A stretch of DNA of 64,000 bases from Candidatus Magasanikbacteria bacterium UBA922 (GTDB lineage: Bacteria > Patescibacteriota > Patescibacteriia > Magasanikbacterales > UBA922). The notes below the pieces were generated by a model. The model searched no databases. It was not told where the DNA came from and saw nothing but the letters and a program-made list of their open reading frames with translations. This document shows, piece after piece, positions 20,362 to 30,656 of this stretch. Every line of letters starts with the position of its first letter. Within the stretch, counting starts at the first letter, position 1. Where the stretch lies: NCBI GenBank assembly GCA_002293825.1, contig DBDW01000012.1, forward strand, positions 25,147-89,146, given 5' to 3'. The position numbers and the translations under genes were made by a program.

Positions 20362-22224
20362 TTGTTTTTTATGAATGCACAGAACGCACAGACACAGAAG
20401 CCTCGAGAAGGTAGATCGAATTTTCGATCTGCGCAACCTAGTCGACCACGACACAATAGTGGTGGGCGAGGTCGAAGACCAGGTGGTCGGGGAGGTACTC
20501 CACGTCCATCAATTGGATTTAATTCATTCCGACGTGAAGAGGGTGGATATGAAAAAAATCCCAAAGCACTTCGCATTATTCCAATTGGAGGATGTGAAGA
20601 AGTGGGACGCAATATGACCATATTTGAGTATGGTGATGATGTGATTATCCTCGACATGGGAATTCAATTTCCAGAAGAAGACATGCCTGGTATCGATTAT
20701 ATTATCCCAAATACCAAATATTTGCAGGATAAAAAGAAAAATATTCGTGCAGTTGTGTTTAGTCATGGACACCTCGATCATATTGGAGCTGCGCCTATTT
20801 TGCTCGAACAATTAGGGAATCCCGTAATTGTGGGTCGTGATTTGACGCTCGCATTGATCAAGCATAAACAAGAAGATTATCAGAAAGGAACTGCAGGAAA
20901 ATTAAAAACGATTCGTATCAAAGGAATTGACGATGTGTTGAAATTCGGAGCCTTTACGATTAAGTTTTTTCAAGTCGAACATTCAATCATGGATGCAGTA
21001 GGGGTAATTGTAGAAACACCAGCAGGATCTGCAATTCATCCAGGAGATTGGACACTCGATCGTGATAAGGATGGTAAGCCTACGCTCGACTACACACCAC
21101 TTCGCAATCTACAAAAGCCGACAGTGCTCATGCTTGAAAGTTTGGGAGTAGTGCACGAACATCGTGGAAAAAGTTATGAGGAAATGTATCACAATCTCCA
21201 GAATATCATGTCGACTGCTCCTGGTCGTATCATTATTGGCACGTTTTCGTCACAGCTCGAACGTATCAAATGGGTACTCGACGCAGCGGAAAAACTAGGG
21301 AAGAAAGTGGCACTCGATGGATATAGCATGAAAGTAAACGTGGAAATGGCAAAAAAATTGGGATATATCAAAATAAAACCTGATGTACTAATTGATGTGA
21401 AGAAGATTGATGATTATCCTGAAAGTCGTGTTGTCGTGTTGTGTACGGGTGCACAAGGAGAAGAAAATGCAGTACTTATGCGTATTGTGAATAGGCAACA
21501 TAAGTCGATCACCTTGAAACGAACTGATACTGTAGTATTCTCATCGTCGATTATTCCAGGTAACGAGCGATCAATTCAGCGATTGAAAGATAATATGTAT
21601 CGTCAGTGTGATAATGTGATTCATGGGCAGCTCATGGACGTGCATGTATCCGGGCATGCGACGAGACAGGATATTCGCGAGGTGCTCGATCAGGTGCAAC
21701 CGACATATTTTATGCCGGTGTATGCGAATCATTATTTTCTCAAAGAAGCACGCAAACTTGCGATTTCACACGGATTTGATTCTGAGAAAATTTTTGTTCC
21801 AGATAATGGATCGGTGATCGAAGTAACTCCTGAGAGTGCCAAAATGCTTGCGAAAAAAGTACCGAGTGATTATGTGTTTGTAGATGGACTTGGTATTAGT
21901 GATAGTCAGAGCATTGTACTTCGTGATCGACAAGTACTTGCCGAAGATGGAATGCTTGTCGTAATCATGACCGTGAATTCGAAGTCGGGTGCATTGATCA
22001 ATAATCCTGATATTATTTCTCGAGGATTCGTGTTTCTCAAAGATAATCGAGATCTTATCGAAGAAATTCGCAATCGAGTGAAGAAGATGGTCGTAGAATC
22101 AGACCCAAAGAACTGGGCAGATACTGACCAGATCAAGAACAATATCCGGGACAAGATTGGACAATATGTATTGCAGAAGACCGAGAAGCGTCCGATGATT
22201 CTTCCTGTAGTAATTGAAGTCTAG
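20362..22224 (+). CDS. rnj: ribonuclease J (MBL/beta-CASP) with an N-terminal Arg/Gly-rich extension
   Basis: VFSHGHLDHIGAAPIL metallo-beta-lactamase motif, beta-CASP and C-terminal domain. The first ~70 aa are RGG-rich (SGGRGRRPGGRGGTPRPS). The start codon is uncertain. Confidence 0.88.
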   Translation: MFFMNAQNAQTQKPREGRSNFRSAQPSRPRHNSGGRGRRPGGRGGTPRPSIGFNSFRREEGGYEKNPKALRIIPIGGCEEVGRNMTIFEYGDDVIILDMGIQFPEEDMPGIDYIIPNTKYLQDKKKNIRAVVFSHGHLDHIGAAPILLEQLGNPVIVGRDLTLALIKHKQEDYQKGTAGKLKTIRIKGIDDVLKFGAFTIKFFQVEHSIMDAVGVIVETPAGSAIHPGDWTLDRDKDGKPTLDYTPLRNLQKPTVLMLESLGVVHEHRGKSYEEMYHNLQNIMSTAPGRIIIGTFSSQLERIKWVLDAAEKLGKKVALDGYSMKVNVEMAKKLGYIKIKPDVLIDVKKIDDYPESRVVVLCTGAQGEENAVLMRIVNRQHKSITLKRTDTVVFSSSIIPGNERSIQRLKDNMYRQCDNVIHGQLMDVHVSGHATRQDIREVLDQVQPTYFMPVYANHYFLKEARKLAISHGFDSEKIFVPDNGSVIEVTPESAKMLAKKVPSDYVFVDGLGISDSQSIVLRDRQVLAEDGMLVVIMTVNSKSGALINNPDIISRGFVFLKDNRDLIEEIRNRVKKMVVESDPKNWADTDQIKNNIRDKIGQYVLQKTEKRPMILPVVIEV

Positions 22225-22242
22225 TAATACTCATACTGTATA

Positions 22243-22274
22243 AACAGCCCTATTGATGGGGCTGTTTATGTTTA
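22243..22274 (+). terminator. terminator after rnj
   Basis: Hairpin acagccc-tattgat-gggctgt followed by ttatgttt. Confidence 0.5.
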
Positions 22275-22325
22275 CAACAGATATTCTTTGGGGTACACTT
22301 CACACATCTTTAATTGAGTATTGGT

Positions 22326-23312
22326 ATGGCAAAAAAACAGGTTATTGTCTCTGGAATTCAGCCGACAGGGAATCTCCATATTGGGAACTATCTGGGGGCG
22401 ATACAGAATTGGGTGAATCTCCAGAATTCTGGTAACTATGAATGCTATTTTTTTATTGCTGATTTGCACTCTCTCACTGGAAACAGAAAACCCGAAGAAC
22501 GACGTGCACAAATCTTGCGAACTGCAGCAGAGCTGCTTGCAGCAGGAATCGATCCTGAGAAGTCAACATTGTTTGTACAATCACATGTGCCTGAACATAC
22601 TGAGCTCGCATGGATTTTTAATTGTGTTACACCATTTACTGAGTTGGAACGAATGACCCAATTTAAAGATAAGTCACAGATGTATGTAAAAAATGTTAAC
22701 ACAGGGTTATTCACTTATCCTGTGTTACAAGCTGCAGATATTCTTTTGTATCAGGCAACTCATATTCCAGTGGGTCAGGATCAAAAGCAGCATGTTGAAC
22801 TTACAAATGATATTGTGAGATGGTTCAATAATCGGTTTGGCACTTATTTTTCAGAAGTAAAACCTGTATTTACGGAAACTCCGAAAATCATGAGCTTGCT
22901 TGAGCCTACGAAAAAGATGAGTAAGTCACTCGGTGAAGGGCATGTGATCGAACTCGCAGATAGCCCCGAAGTAATCCTTAAAAAATTGAAGAAAGCAGTG
23001 ACTGCGACTGAGGGTGGTGGGCATTCACCAGGTGTTGAAAATTTACTCGGACTCTTGAAGATTTTTGGAGATAAAAAATTACATGCAGAATTTGCACAAG
23101 CAGAAAAAGATGGGTCTATTCGTTATGGAGATTTGAAATCTGCACTGGCAGAAGTACTGGGAAATTATTTTGCAGATTTTCGGGAACGTCGCGCAGAACT
23201 AGTGGACGGTCATGATGAGGTTGCTGAAATATTGACACAGGCTACTAAGCGTGCGAAAATAATAGCAGAGTCTACGATGTCTCGTGTACGATCCATCGTT
23301 GGAATTCGATAA
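22326..23312 (+). CDS. trpS: tryptophanyl-tRNA synthetase
   Basis: Class I HIGH (TGNLHIGNYLG) and KMSKS motifs. The likely start is MAKKQVIVSG; the track ORF starts at an upstream TTG. Confidence 0.9.
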   Translation: MAKKQVIVSGIQPTGNLHIGNYLGAIQNWVNLQNSGNYECYFFIADLHSLTGNRKPEERRAQILRTAAELLAAGIDPEKSTLFVQSHVPEHTELAWIFNCVTPFTELERMTQFKDKSQMYVKNVNTGLFTYPVLQAADILLYQATHIPVGQDQKQHVELTNDIVRWFNNRFGTYFSEVKPVFTETPKIMSLLEPTKKMSKSLGEGHVIELADSPEVILKKLKKAVTATEGGGHSPGVENLLGLLKIFGDKKLHAEFAQAEKDGSIRYGDLKSALAEVLGNYFADFRERRAELVDGHDEVAEILTQATKRAKIIAESTMSRVRSIVGIR

Positions 23313-23428
23313 ATCTTATGTATCGGTTTTCCCGTGTTGGGAGGATCGGCAGAGATTGAGAAGTGCATATCTTGACCCCTACCAACTCTCCCACACCAAG
23401 GGAGAGTTTTGTGTAATTATTTCATCAT

Positions 23429-23872
23429 GTGTCTATGACTACTCAAAAAAAAATTGCAGTGTTCGCACTGCGTGTGAGCGTGGGATGGTATATGTTTTAT
23501 GCAGGCATTACCAAGGTGCTGGATCCTGCATGGAGTGCAGAGGGGTATATCAAGAGCGCCAAGAGTTTTGTGTGGTTATATGAATTATTTTTACATCCGA
23601 CTATTGTACCGATTGTAAATGTGTTGAATGCATGGGGACTTACATTACTGGGAGTTTCTCTTATGGTAGGTTTATTTGTTAGATGGAGTACGGTGCCTGG
23701 AGCACTGCTTATGCTTTTGTATTACGGAGTAGCACTTGATTTTCCTCACCCTGATGCGCATTCGTATATCGTCGATCAGCATATTATCTATGCCGGTGTA
23801 TTGTTACTTTTTTATGCGTTCCGCGTAGGAGAAATATGGGGACTGGATCATGTACTGCCCCGTAAAAAATAA
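23429..23872 (+). CDS. DoxX-family membrane protein
   Basis: 147 aa with 4 TM helices and a DoxX-like pattern (VFALRVSVGWYMFYAGITKV...). Confidence 0.7.
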   Translation: MSMTTQKKIAVFALRVSVGWYMFYAGITKVLDPAWSAEGYIKSAKSFVWLYELFLHPTIVPIVNVLNAWGLTLLGVSLMVGLFVRWSTVPGALLMLLYYGVALDFPHPDAHSYIVDQHIIYAGVLLLFYAFRVGEIWGLDHVLPRKK

Positions 23873-23890
23873 TTCATATCAATATTTCTT

Positions 23891-24622
23891 ATGTCAGAAC
23901 ATACGGATATCACACGTGCAGGTACAATGGTAGCGATAGGCATTGTCAGTGCATCTCTTATTTTTTCAATATTTTTTTATGCCGCTCGAGTGGTAAATCC
24001 GGGTGAATTATCAGTCACAGGATCGGCACGTATTCGTGTGACATCTGATACGGTAAAGTGGACCATGCAACTTTCGAGATTTAGTGATAGTACTGGTCTC
24101 GAGTCGGTATATCGAGAACTCGAGGCTGATCGGGTAACAGTATTATCAGTTTTGGCAGATCAGGGAATTCTTTCTGAGAATGTAGTGGCAACACCGGTGT
24201 TTACTGAGCAAGATTATAGTTACACATATGATCTCTCGGCACCTCGAAAATATACGATTCGTCAGACACTCACTGTAGAATCGAATGATATCGATCAAAT
24301 TACACGTGTGGCTAAGAATATTCAAAATCTCGTGTCAGTAGGGTCAGTTATCTCTACGTATTCACTAGAGTATCTATATTCAAAACTTCCTGAATTGCGT
24401 GTGGAATTATTGTCTGACGCGGTAATAGATGCAAAAGCTCGTGCAGAAAAAATTGCCGAGAGTAGTGGATCGAGAGTTGGGTCATTGCGCGCGGCAAGTC
24501 AGGGGGTGGTGCAGGTATTGGCACCAAATTCTGTAGAAGTTTCTGATTATGGTGCATATGACACTTCGAGTATTGAGAAAGAGGTGATGGCGACTGTGCG
24601 TGCATCGTTTGGTGTGAAATAA
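23891..24622 (+). CDS. SIMPL-domain (DUF541) protein, membrane-anchored
   Basis: 243 aa. N-terminal TM helix plus the SIMPL/26-kDa periplasmic immunogenic protein fold pattern. Confidence 0.7.
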   Translation: MSEHTDITRAGTMVAIGIVSASLIFSIFFYAARVVNPGELSVTGSARIRVTSDTVKWTMQLSRFSDSTGLESVYRELEADRVTVLSVLADQGILSENVVATPVFTEQDYSYTYDLSAPRKYTIRQTLTVESNDIDQITRVAKNIQNLVSVGSVISTYSLEYLYSKLPELRVELLSDAVIDAKARAEKIAESSGSRVGSLRAASQGVVQVLAPNSVEVSDYGAYDTSSIEKEVMATVRASFGVK

Positions 24623-24634
24623 TTAATGAGGGTA

Positions 24635-24664
24635 AAAACCCGGTCGTATGGCCGGGTTTTGTTG
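24635..24664 (+). terminator. terminator after the SIMPL gene
   Basis: aaaacccggtcgtatggccgggtttt hairpin plus a T run. Confidence 0.55.
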
Positions 24665-24803
24665 ACAGAAAATTATGTCGTGTGGCATACTAAAAAAGCT
24701 ATGAAAACCACACGAAATAATAATCGCATTTCTAACGTACTCTCGGAGTAGGGTTTTCGTGTGTGAAGAAAAACATGAGTACCCGCGAAAGCGGGCTTTT
24801 TAT

Positions 24804-24875
24804 TCCCTTGTAGTTCAATGGTAGAACACCTCGCTGTTAACGAGGGGGTTCCTGGTTCGAGTCCAGGCGGGGGAG
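24804..24875 (+). tRNA. tRNA-Asn (anticodon GUU), U1-A72 and G73 discriminator
   Basis: Acceptor TCCCTTG/CGGGGGA. U8 A9. D-arm GTTC AATGGTA GAAC. Anticodon stem CCTCG/CGAGG with loop CTGTTAA. T-arm CCTGG TTCGAGT CCAGG. Same U1-A72 and G73 as E. coli tRNA-Asn. CCA not encoded. Confidence 0.8.
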
Positions 24876-24986
24876 CATTTTTTTCAGAGTTACAAATAAA
24901 TAGATTTTAGTTTTCAACTTTGATTTGCTGGGTGAATAAAAAAATAAACCGCAGACGGTTTATTTTTTTATCCACAGATAACAGGT

Positions 24987-25015
24987 TTGACACTATACCC
25001 CTAGGGGGGTATAGT
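24987..25015 (+). promoter_or_regulatory. copper-operon promoter with a CsoR operator palindrome in the spacer
   Basis: ttgaca - ctatacccctagggggg (17 nt) - tatagt. The 20-bp palindrome tatacccctaggggggtata sits inside the spacer. It matches the GC-rich CsoR operator type (B. subtilis copZA: TACCCTACGGGGGTA). Confidence 0.6.
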
Positions 25016-25041
25016 TAGAATATACAAATTTTCATATATAT

Positions 25042-25308
25042 ATGCAGAAAGATACTAAATCAAAAATAATACGTAGACTAAAATTAATCGAAGGCCAAGT
25101 ACGTGGTCTACAAAAAATGGTCGAGAACGATGTCTATTGTATTGATGTAATTACACAGACGTCCGCAGTAAAGCAGGCATTGTCAAATGTCGAAGATGTG
25201 CTTCTTGAAAATCATTTAGGTCACTGTGTGTTTCATCAGGTGCAATCCGGACAACTTAAGAAGGCAAAAGAAGAAATTATCAAAGTTTATAAATTAAAAA
25301 GGAAATAA
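25042..25308 (+). CDS. csoR: CsoR/RcnR-family metal-sensing transcriptional repressor
   Basis: 88 aa. [27 protein letters not shown]...AL..HLGHCV, with Cys/His ligand positions of the CsoR W-X-Y-Z type. Confidence 0.85.
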   Translation: [88 protein letters not shown]

Positions 25309-25309
25309 T

Positions 25310-25870
25310 ATGAAAATATCGATGTATCTCGCACTTTCTTTGATCATTGTGAGTCTTGTATTGGGTATGGCATTTGGGTATTACCTGACACCTGAATATC
25401 AATCATCAATGTATGAAAAAAATACAATGAGTCTCGGACGTGCAGATCGAACATTTGATTTGCGATATATCAATGCCATGATTGCACATCATCGAGGCGC
25501 AATGCTGCTTGCAGCGCAATTGGCTGAGAATACTACACGACCAGAAATGCAGGCATTGGCACAGAATATTCTTGCAGATGAGCCGAAAGCCATTGCCGAA
25601 TTATATGAATGGAAAAAAGAATGGTATGGCGATACGCGATCAGTCCGTGATCCGGTAGTAGCAAATCTTGGACCATCTGGTGACACCTTTGATTTGAGAT
25701 TTTTGAATGCGATGATTGCTCATCATGAAGAGGGTATTCTCATGACTACTGAAACGAGACAGAAGTCTTCTCGTGCAGAAATATTGGATAATGCTGATGC
25801 AGTGGAGGTGTTTTTGAAAAATGGTATCCAAACATTGCAAGGTTTCAGAGCTGAGTGGTTTAATCTGTGA
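25310..25870 (+). CDS. DUF305-domain protein (copper-resistance associated), membrane-anchored
   Basis: Two repeats of the [16 protein letters not shown] / [16 protein letters not shown] motif typical of DUF305. Confidence 0.8.
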   Translation: MKISMYLALSLIIVSLVLGMAFGYYLTPEYQSSMYEKNTMSLGRADRTFDLRYINAMIAHHRGAMLLAAQLAENTTRPEMQALAQNILADEPKAIAELYEWKKEWYGDTRSVRDPVVANLGPSGDTFDLRFLNAMIAHHEEGILMTTETRQKSSRAEILDNADAVEVFLKNGIQTLQGFRAEWFNL

Positions 25871-28134
25871 TATATATGAGTACACATACATACAAAATTA
25901 CAGGCATGCATTGTGCGAGTTGTGCGTCTGTAATTACCAAAAAATTATCAGCTGTGCCACATGTGCGTTCGGTTTCAGTAAACTATGGTACTGAGAAGGC
26001 AAAAATTGATTTTGATGACACTCATACTTCTCTCGACACATTGAATGGAGTGGTAGGTACATTGGGTTATACGCTTTCTGCGATAGATCACTCTGGTGCG
26101 GCTGAGCCAGAGTCTGTTACTAAAAAAATAGATGAACATGCTGAGCTTAAAAACAAAACTAATTTTATCCTTCCGATTGCATTATTAGTGTTTATACTCA
26201 TGATGTGGGATATTGGTGCGCAGATTTTTACAGGTGTTCCAAATTTTCCGATTCCGATGACATTATTCAATACGATTGGAATGGTATTGGCCACGATCGC
26301 ATTGTTTTGGGTGGGACAGCCATATATGCGTGGGATATTCAGATTTGCTCGATATGGAGTGGCAAATATGGATACACTTATTGGGATTGGGACATTCTCA
26401 GCATATCTGTATAGCATGAGTATCACACTTATTCCTCTGTTTTGGTCGTCACGCATGGTACCAGAATATACGTATTTTGATGTTACGATTGTGGTTATTG
26501 GTTTTATTACATTGGGTAAGTATTTGGAAGCTGTATCAAAGAAAAAGACTGGTGATGCGATTGAAAAACTTCTTAATTTGCAGGCCAAAAATGCTTTGGT
26601 AGTTCGAGAGGGTGTAGAGATTGAGATTCCTGTGAATCAGGTGCAACGTGGCGATATGATTGTGGTAAAACCGGGTGCAAAAATACCAGTTGATGGTGTT
26701 ATTGTTGAGGGTAGTTCTTTTGTTGATGAATCAATGGTAACGGGCGAGCCAATGCCAGTACAGAAAAAAATTGATGATACAGTAGTGTCTGGAACCATTA
26801 ATACCACCGGGTCATTTGTGTTTAGAGCGACAAAGGTGGGGTCTGAAACTTTTCTTGCCCAAATCGTTACGATGATTGAAGAAGCGCAGGGGAGTAAAGC
26901 ACCAATTCAGGCATTGGTCGATAAAATATCATCGGTGTTTGTGCCCACAGTACTCGTGATCGCTGGTATTACCTTTGTAACGTGGTTAAGTGTTGGTTCG
27001 ATATATCTTGGTTTTTCTCAGGCATTTTCATTTGGATTAGTTTCATTTGTGGGAATTTTGGTAATCGCGTGTCCATGTGCGTTGGGACTAGCCACACCCA
27101 CGGCGATTATCGTAGGTGTGGGAAAAGGTGCGGGGGCAGGGATCTTGGTGAAGGATGCTGCAACACTTGAGAAGTTGCATATGGTAGATACAGTGGTCGT
27201 CGATAAAACAGGAACCATTACTCAGGGTAAGCCCACATTGGTGAAGGTGCTCAATTTTTCTCGCATGAGTGATGTGGAATTAATTTCGATTACAGCGTCA
27301 CTGGAAAAAAAGTCTGAACATCCAATCGCACATGCGATTGTGCGTTATGCAGAAGAAGAAAATATTTCTATTTCAGAAGTTTCTGTGTTTGAAAGTGTGC
27401 AGGGGAAAGGTATTAGGGGACGTATCAATGGTACTGAGTATCTTGTGGGTAACAGGATACTCATGAGTGAGCATGGACTTGCCTTTGATCATGTGGCTAT
27501 TGATGAATATACTGCTCAGGGAAAAACACCGGTAATACTTGCTACCGCAGATCAGGTGCTTGGCATCATTATGGTTGCTGATGAAGTAAAACCAGAATCA
27601 AAACAAGCGATTGCAGATCTTCATGCACTAGGTATCACGGTGGTAATGCTTACGGGGGATGATGAGAAGACTGCGCGGTATGTTGCTTCTCTTGTGGGGA
27701 TTGATGATGTGATCGCTCAGGTGCTCCCTCAAGATAAGCGTGAAAAAGTACATACACTTCAGAAAAATGGGAAGGTGGTAGCTATGGCTGGCGACGGAGT
27801 TAATGATGCTCCTGCACTCGCGCAGGCTGATGTAGGTATTGCAATGGGAACGGGAACTGACGTAGCAATTGAATCAGCGGGTATTACGCTATTGGGGGGC
27901 GATATCTCAAAATTGGTTAAAGCAATTCGATTATCAAATATGACCATGCGAGGTATTAGACAAAATTTATTTTGGGCCTTTATCTATAATATCGTAGGTA
28001 TTCCACTTGCAGCTGGAGTGTTTTATCCATTGTTTGGGTGGGTACTCAATCCGGTTTTTGCGGGGTTTGCGATGGCGCTTTCGTCAGTGTCAGTGGTTTC
28101 AAATTCACTACGTATTAAGGCTAAGAAATTATAG
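25867..28134 (+). CDS. copA: copper-translocating P1B-type ATPase
   Basis: N-terminal HMA domain [13 protein letters not shown] motif ([11 protein letters not shown]). DKTGTIT phosphorylation site. GDGVNDAP hinge. Confidence 0.95.
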   Translation: MIYMSTHTYKITGMHCASCASVITKKLSAVPHVRSVSVNYGTEKAKIDFDDTHTSLDTLNGVVGTLGYTLSAIDHSGAAEPESVTKKIDEHAELKNKTNFILPIALLVFILMMWDIGAQIFTGVPNFPIPMTLFNTIGMVLATIALFWVGQPYMRGIFRFARYGVANMDTLIGIGTFSAYLYSMSITLIPLFWSSRMVPEYTYFDVTIVVIGFITLGKYLEAVSKKKTGDAIEKLLNLQAKNALVVREGVEIEIPVNQVQRGDMIVVKPGAKIPVDGVIVEGSSFVDESMVTGEPMPVQKKIDDTVVSGTINTTGSFVFRATKVGSETFLAQIVTMIEEAQGSKAPIQALVDKISSVFVPTVLVIAGITFVTWLSVGSIYLGFSQAFSFGLVSFVGILVIACPCALGLATPTAIIVGVGKGAGAGILVKDAATLEKLHMVDTVVVDKTGTITQGKPTLVKVLNFSRMSDVELISITASLEKKSEHPIAHAIVRYAEEENISISEVSVFESVQGKGIRGRINGTEYLVGNRILMSEHGLAFDHVAIDEYTAQGKTPVILATADQVLGIIMVADEVKPESKQAIADLHALGITVVMLTGDDEKTARYVASLVGIDDVIAQVLPQDKREKVHTLQKNGKVVAMAGDGVNDAPALAQADVGIAMGTGTDVAIESAGITLLGGDISKLVKAIRLSNMTMRGIRQNLFWAFIYNIVGIPLAAGVFYPLFGWVLNPVFAGFAMALSSVSVVSNSLRIKAKKL

Positions 28135-28158
28135 GTATACATATTAAAATTTTTATCT

Positions 28159-29166
28159 ATGAGTACGCATACGTTTCATGTTTCAGGAATGCATTGCGCA
28201 TCGTGTAAAATATTTATCGAGGATACGTTGAATTCTCACGAGTTGGTTCGTGTCGCGCAGGTAGATTTGAAAAAAGAAATTCTTCAGATTGAAACAAGTT
28301 CTACACATTCACCTGCAGAACTTGCAGATATTTTGACAAATGAAGTTGCATCAAATGGATATACTATTTCTGTTGAAAAAACAGGAGAAGGTATCAAAGA
28401 TAGTAATGATTTTTGGAAAGCTTTACCAATTGGACTTGGTGTTCTCGCTCTTTTTTTTCTGGTTCAAAAATCAGGTTTGTTGGATATTGGAGTCGGTGGG
28501 CAGATTACACCGGTTACTGGTTTTTTAATTGGGCTGATTGCTTCGGTATCTAGCTGTCTTGCAGTCGTAGGTGGTCTCGTCTTATCTCTTTCAGCAAATC
28601 TTGCTCAAGGTACTGTTCGAAACGCTAAAATATTGGTACAGTTTCATGTAGCACGTATAGTAAGTTTTGCTATGTTGGGTGGGGTGCTTGGTATGATCGG
28701 CGGTGTGATTGGTATTAATTTTACACTTACCACGATATTGGGAATCATAGCTTCTACTATAATGCTTGTGTTAGGTTTGAATTTATTGGGTGTAATTAAA
28801 AAAAATAATTTGGTTTTTTCTTCTCGTTTTTTTAACTTTTTTACACGCAATAAACGTTCAATCATTGCACCGTGGTTATTGGGTTTTGCAACATTTTTTT
28901 TACCGTGCGGATTTACCCAGTCTATGCAGGTTTCAGCATTGAGCAGTGGCTCATTTTTATCTGGATTGTTAATACTGTTTTCATTTGCATTGGGAACACT
29001 ACCAGTACTAGCGTTTCTTTCATTTGGTTCAGTCTCATTTGCGCGCGGAAATCATGCTTCATTATTTTTCAAATCTGCAGGAGTGGTAGTTATTGGTCTA
29101 GGATTATTTGCACTACTTTCTGGCCTTGCAGCACTTGGAATTATTACTCCGTTATTTAGTATCTAA
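28159..29166 (+). CDS. HMA-domain protein fused to a multi-TM domain with conserved cysteines (DsbD_2/CcdA-like or MerT-like)
   Basis: N-terminal GMHCASC metal-binding domain, then about 6 TM helices carrying Cys in SSCLAVVGG and FLPCGFTQS. Confidence 0.6.
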   Translation: MSTHTFHVSGMHCASCKIFIEDTLNSHELVRVAQVDLKKEILQIETSSTHSPAELADILTNEVASNGYTISVEKTGEGIKDSNDFWKALPIGLGVLALFFLVQKSGLLDIGVGGQITPVTGFLIGLIASVSSCLAVVGGLVLSLSANLAQGTVRNAKILVQFHVARIVSFAMLGGVLGMIGGVIGINFTLTTILGIIASTIMLVLGLNLLGVIKKNNLVFSSRFFNFFTRNKRSIIAPWLLGFATFFLPCGFTQSMQVSALSSGSFLSGLLILFSFALGTLPVLAFLSFGSVSFARGNHASLFFKSAGVVVIGLGLFALLSGLAALGIITPLFSI

Positions 29167-29170
29167 TTGT

Positions 29171-29566
29171 ATGAATAAAACTATTTCAATTGGTATTGCA
29201 CTTGTGTGCGTTGTGGGGATAGGAATCATATTGTTTGGGAAGTTTGAAAACACTACACAATCCTCTGAAATCGTAAGCGGGTCTAATGTTGAAATACGAG
29301 ATGGGGTGCAATATGTAACAATTACGGCGCGTGGTGGATATTTCCCAAAAAACTCTGTTGCAGAAGCAGGTATTCCCACCACATTAATTGTGAAGACAAA
29401 TAATACCTATGATTGTTCATCTGCATTAGTTATTCGATCTTTGGGATATCAGAATATGTTATCTCCGAGCGGGGAAGAGGTGATTGAGGTGGGTGTGCCA
29501 ACGACTGGTAAACTGCAGGGTCTGTGTAGTATGGGGATGTATTCTTTTGCGATTGATTTTCAATGA
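29171..29566 (+). CDS. small secreted cupredoxin-like copper-binding protein (putative)
   Basis: 131 aa. N-terminal TM/signal, a beta-rich body, and C...CSMGMY-type Cys/Met ligands near the C-terminus. Last gene of the copper operon. Confidence 0.45.
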   Translation: MNKTISIGIALVCVVGIGIILFGKFENTTQSSEIVSGSNVEIRDGVQYVTITARGGYFPKNSVAEAGIPTTLIVKTNNTYDCSSALVIRSLGYQNMLSPSGEEVIEVGVPTTGKLQGLCSMGMYSFAIDFQ

Positions 29567-29668
29567 TTTTTTTGAATGCGCCTGTGGGAGTGTTATCCAC
29601 AAATAACGATAATAATTTATTGACAAACGATAAGTGTTTTTGTAGGATACACGTATCACTCAATAAAT

Positions 29669-30160
29669 GTGTATAGTATGAAACACGCTTCCACTCATTT
29701 TTTGCGAGCAGTAATTTTTGCAGTAGGTATTGGAGTTTTGGCATTATGTATTTTCGCGTTTCCTGGATTGGGTACGGGATGGACCGCTGAGTTTCCGACA
29801 GCACCAAAATCTGGATACGTGGTGATGGCATCATTCTACGCAGCCTCGGTACCGTTTTTTCTCGCGTTGTTTCAGATGTTGAAGTTGTTGAGGTATATTG
29901 ATACTAATAAAGCTTTTTCAGAAGAATCAGTGCGTGCGTTGCAGGCTATTAGTCGGTATGCGATTGCGATGACGGTGGCATTTATGACATATATGCCCGC
30001 AGCATTTCATTTTGCGGAAATTGATGACGCGCCTGGTGTTATTTTATTTGCAGTTGCATTTGCGTGTTCTCCATTGGTAGTTGCGGTAATTGCAGCGGTT
30101 CTCAAAAAATTATTACAAAGTGCTGTAGATATGAAGCATGAACACGATTTAATGGTCTAA
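29669..30160 (+). CDS. DUF2975-family membrane protein
   Basis: 163 aa with 4 TM helices. Immediately followed by a small XRE HTH gene, the classic yozG-type DUF2975/HTH pair. Confidence 0.65.
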   Translation: MYSMKHASTHFLRAVIFAVGIGVLALCIFAFPGLGTGWTAEFPTAPKSGYVVMASFYAASVPFFLALFQMLKLLRYIDTNKAFSEESVRALQAISRYAIAMTVAFMTYMPAAFHFAEIDDAPGVILFAVAFACSPLVVAVIAAVLKKLLQSAVDMKHEHDLMV

Positions 30161-30170
30161 TAGTATTTCT

Positions 30171-30374
30171 ATGTCAATTATTATCAATATTGATGTGATG
30201 CTTGCGAAGCGCAAAATGAGTGTTACTGAACTTACTGATAAAGTAGGAATTACCATGACTAATCTTTCAATTCTCAAAAATGGGAAGGCAAAAGCAATTC
30301 GTTTTTCCACACTTGAAGCGATTTGCAAAGCACTTGATTGTCAGCCTGGAGATATTTTAGAATATAGAACATAA
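30171..30374 (+). CDS. XRE-family HTH transcriptional regulator (YozG-like)
   Basis: 67 aa. LAKRKMSVTELTDKVGITMTNLSILKNGKAKAIRFSTLEAICKALDCQPGDIL: HTH_XRE. Confidence 0.8.
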   Translation: MSIIINIDVMLAKRKMSVTELTDKVGITMTNLSILKNGKAKAIRFSTLEAICKALDCQPGDILEYRT

Positions 30375-30383
30375 ATATTTTGT

Positions 30384-30569
30384 ATGAAAAAATGGTATAA
30401 AAATTATTTGGATGCTCAGAAAAAGGCACAACCAAAATCAGATAATACAACTTCCTTACCGAATAAGCCGGTAACACGTCCCTCGAATACGCATGGGGGT
30501 GCTAAAAAATTTCGTGATCCAGTCGCAGTGGGAAAACGTACACGTTCAAAAACATTTGGTGCGTCTTAG
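30384..30569 (+). CDS. small basic hypothetical protein
   Basis: 61 aa, Lys/Arg-rich. Coding status uncertain. Confidence 0.3.
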   Translation: MKKWYKNYLDAQKKAQPKSDNTTSLPNKPVTRPSNTHGGAKKFRDPVAVGKRTRSKTFGAS

Positions 30570-30656
30570 TTTTTTGATGAGGACACAAGTGCGTGTTTGA
30601 TTGAGTATCTGAAATCAGATATACTCTTGGTATTAATGTATATTCTACACTCATTC

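Noticed and set aside
24660-24800. Possible sRNA or second tRNA upstream of tRNA-Asn
   Set aside because: Only a short hairpin plus T run (cccgcgaaagcggg) and a promoter-like TTGACA-N18-CATACT. No cloverleaf could be folded.
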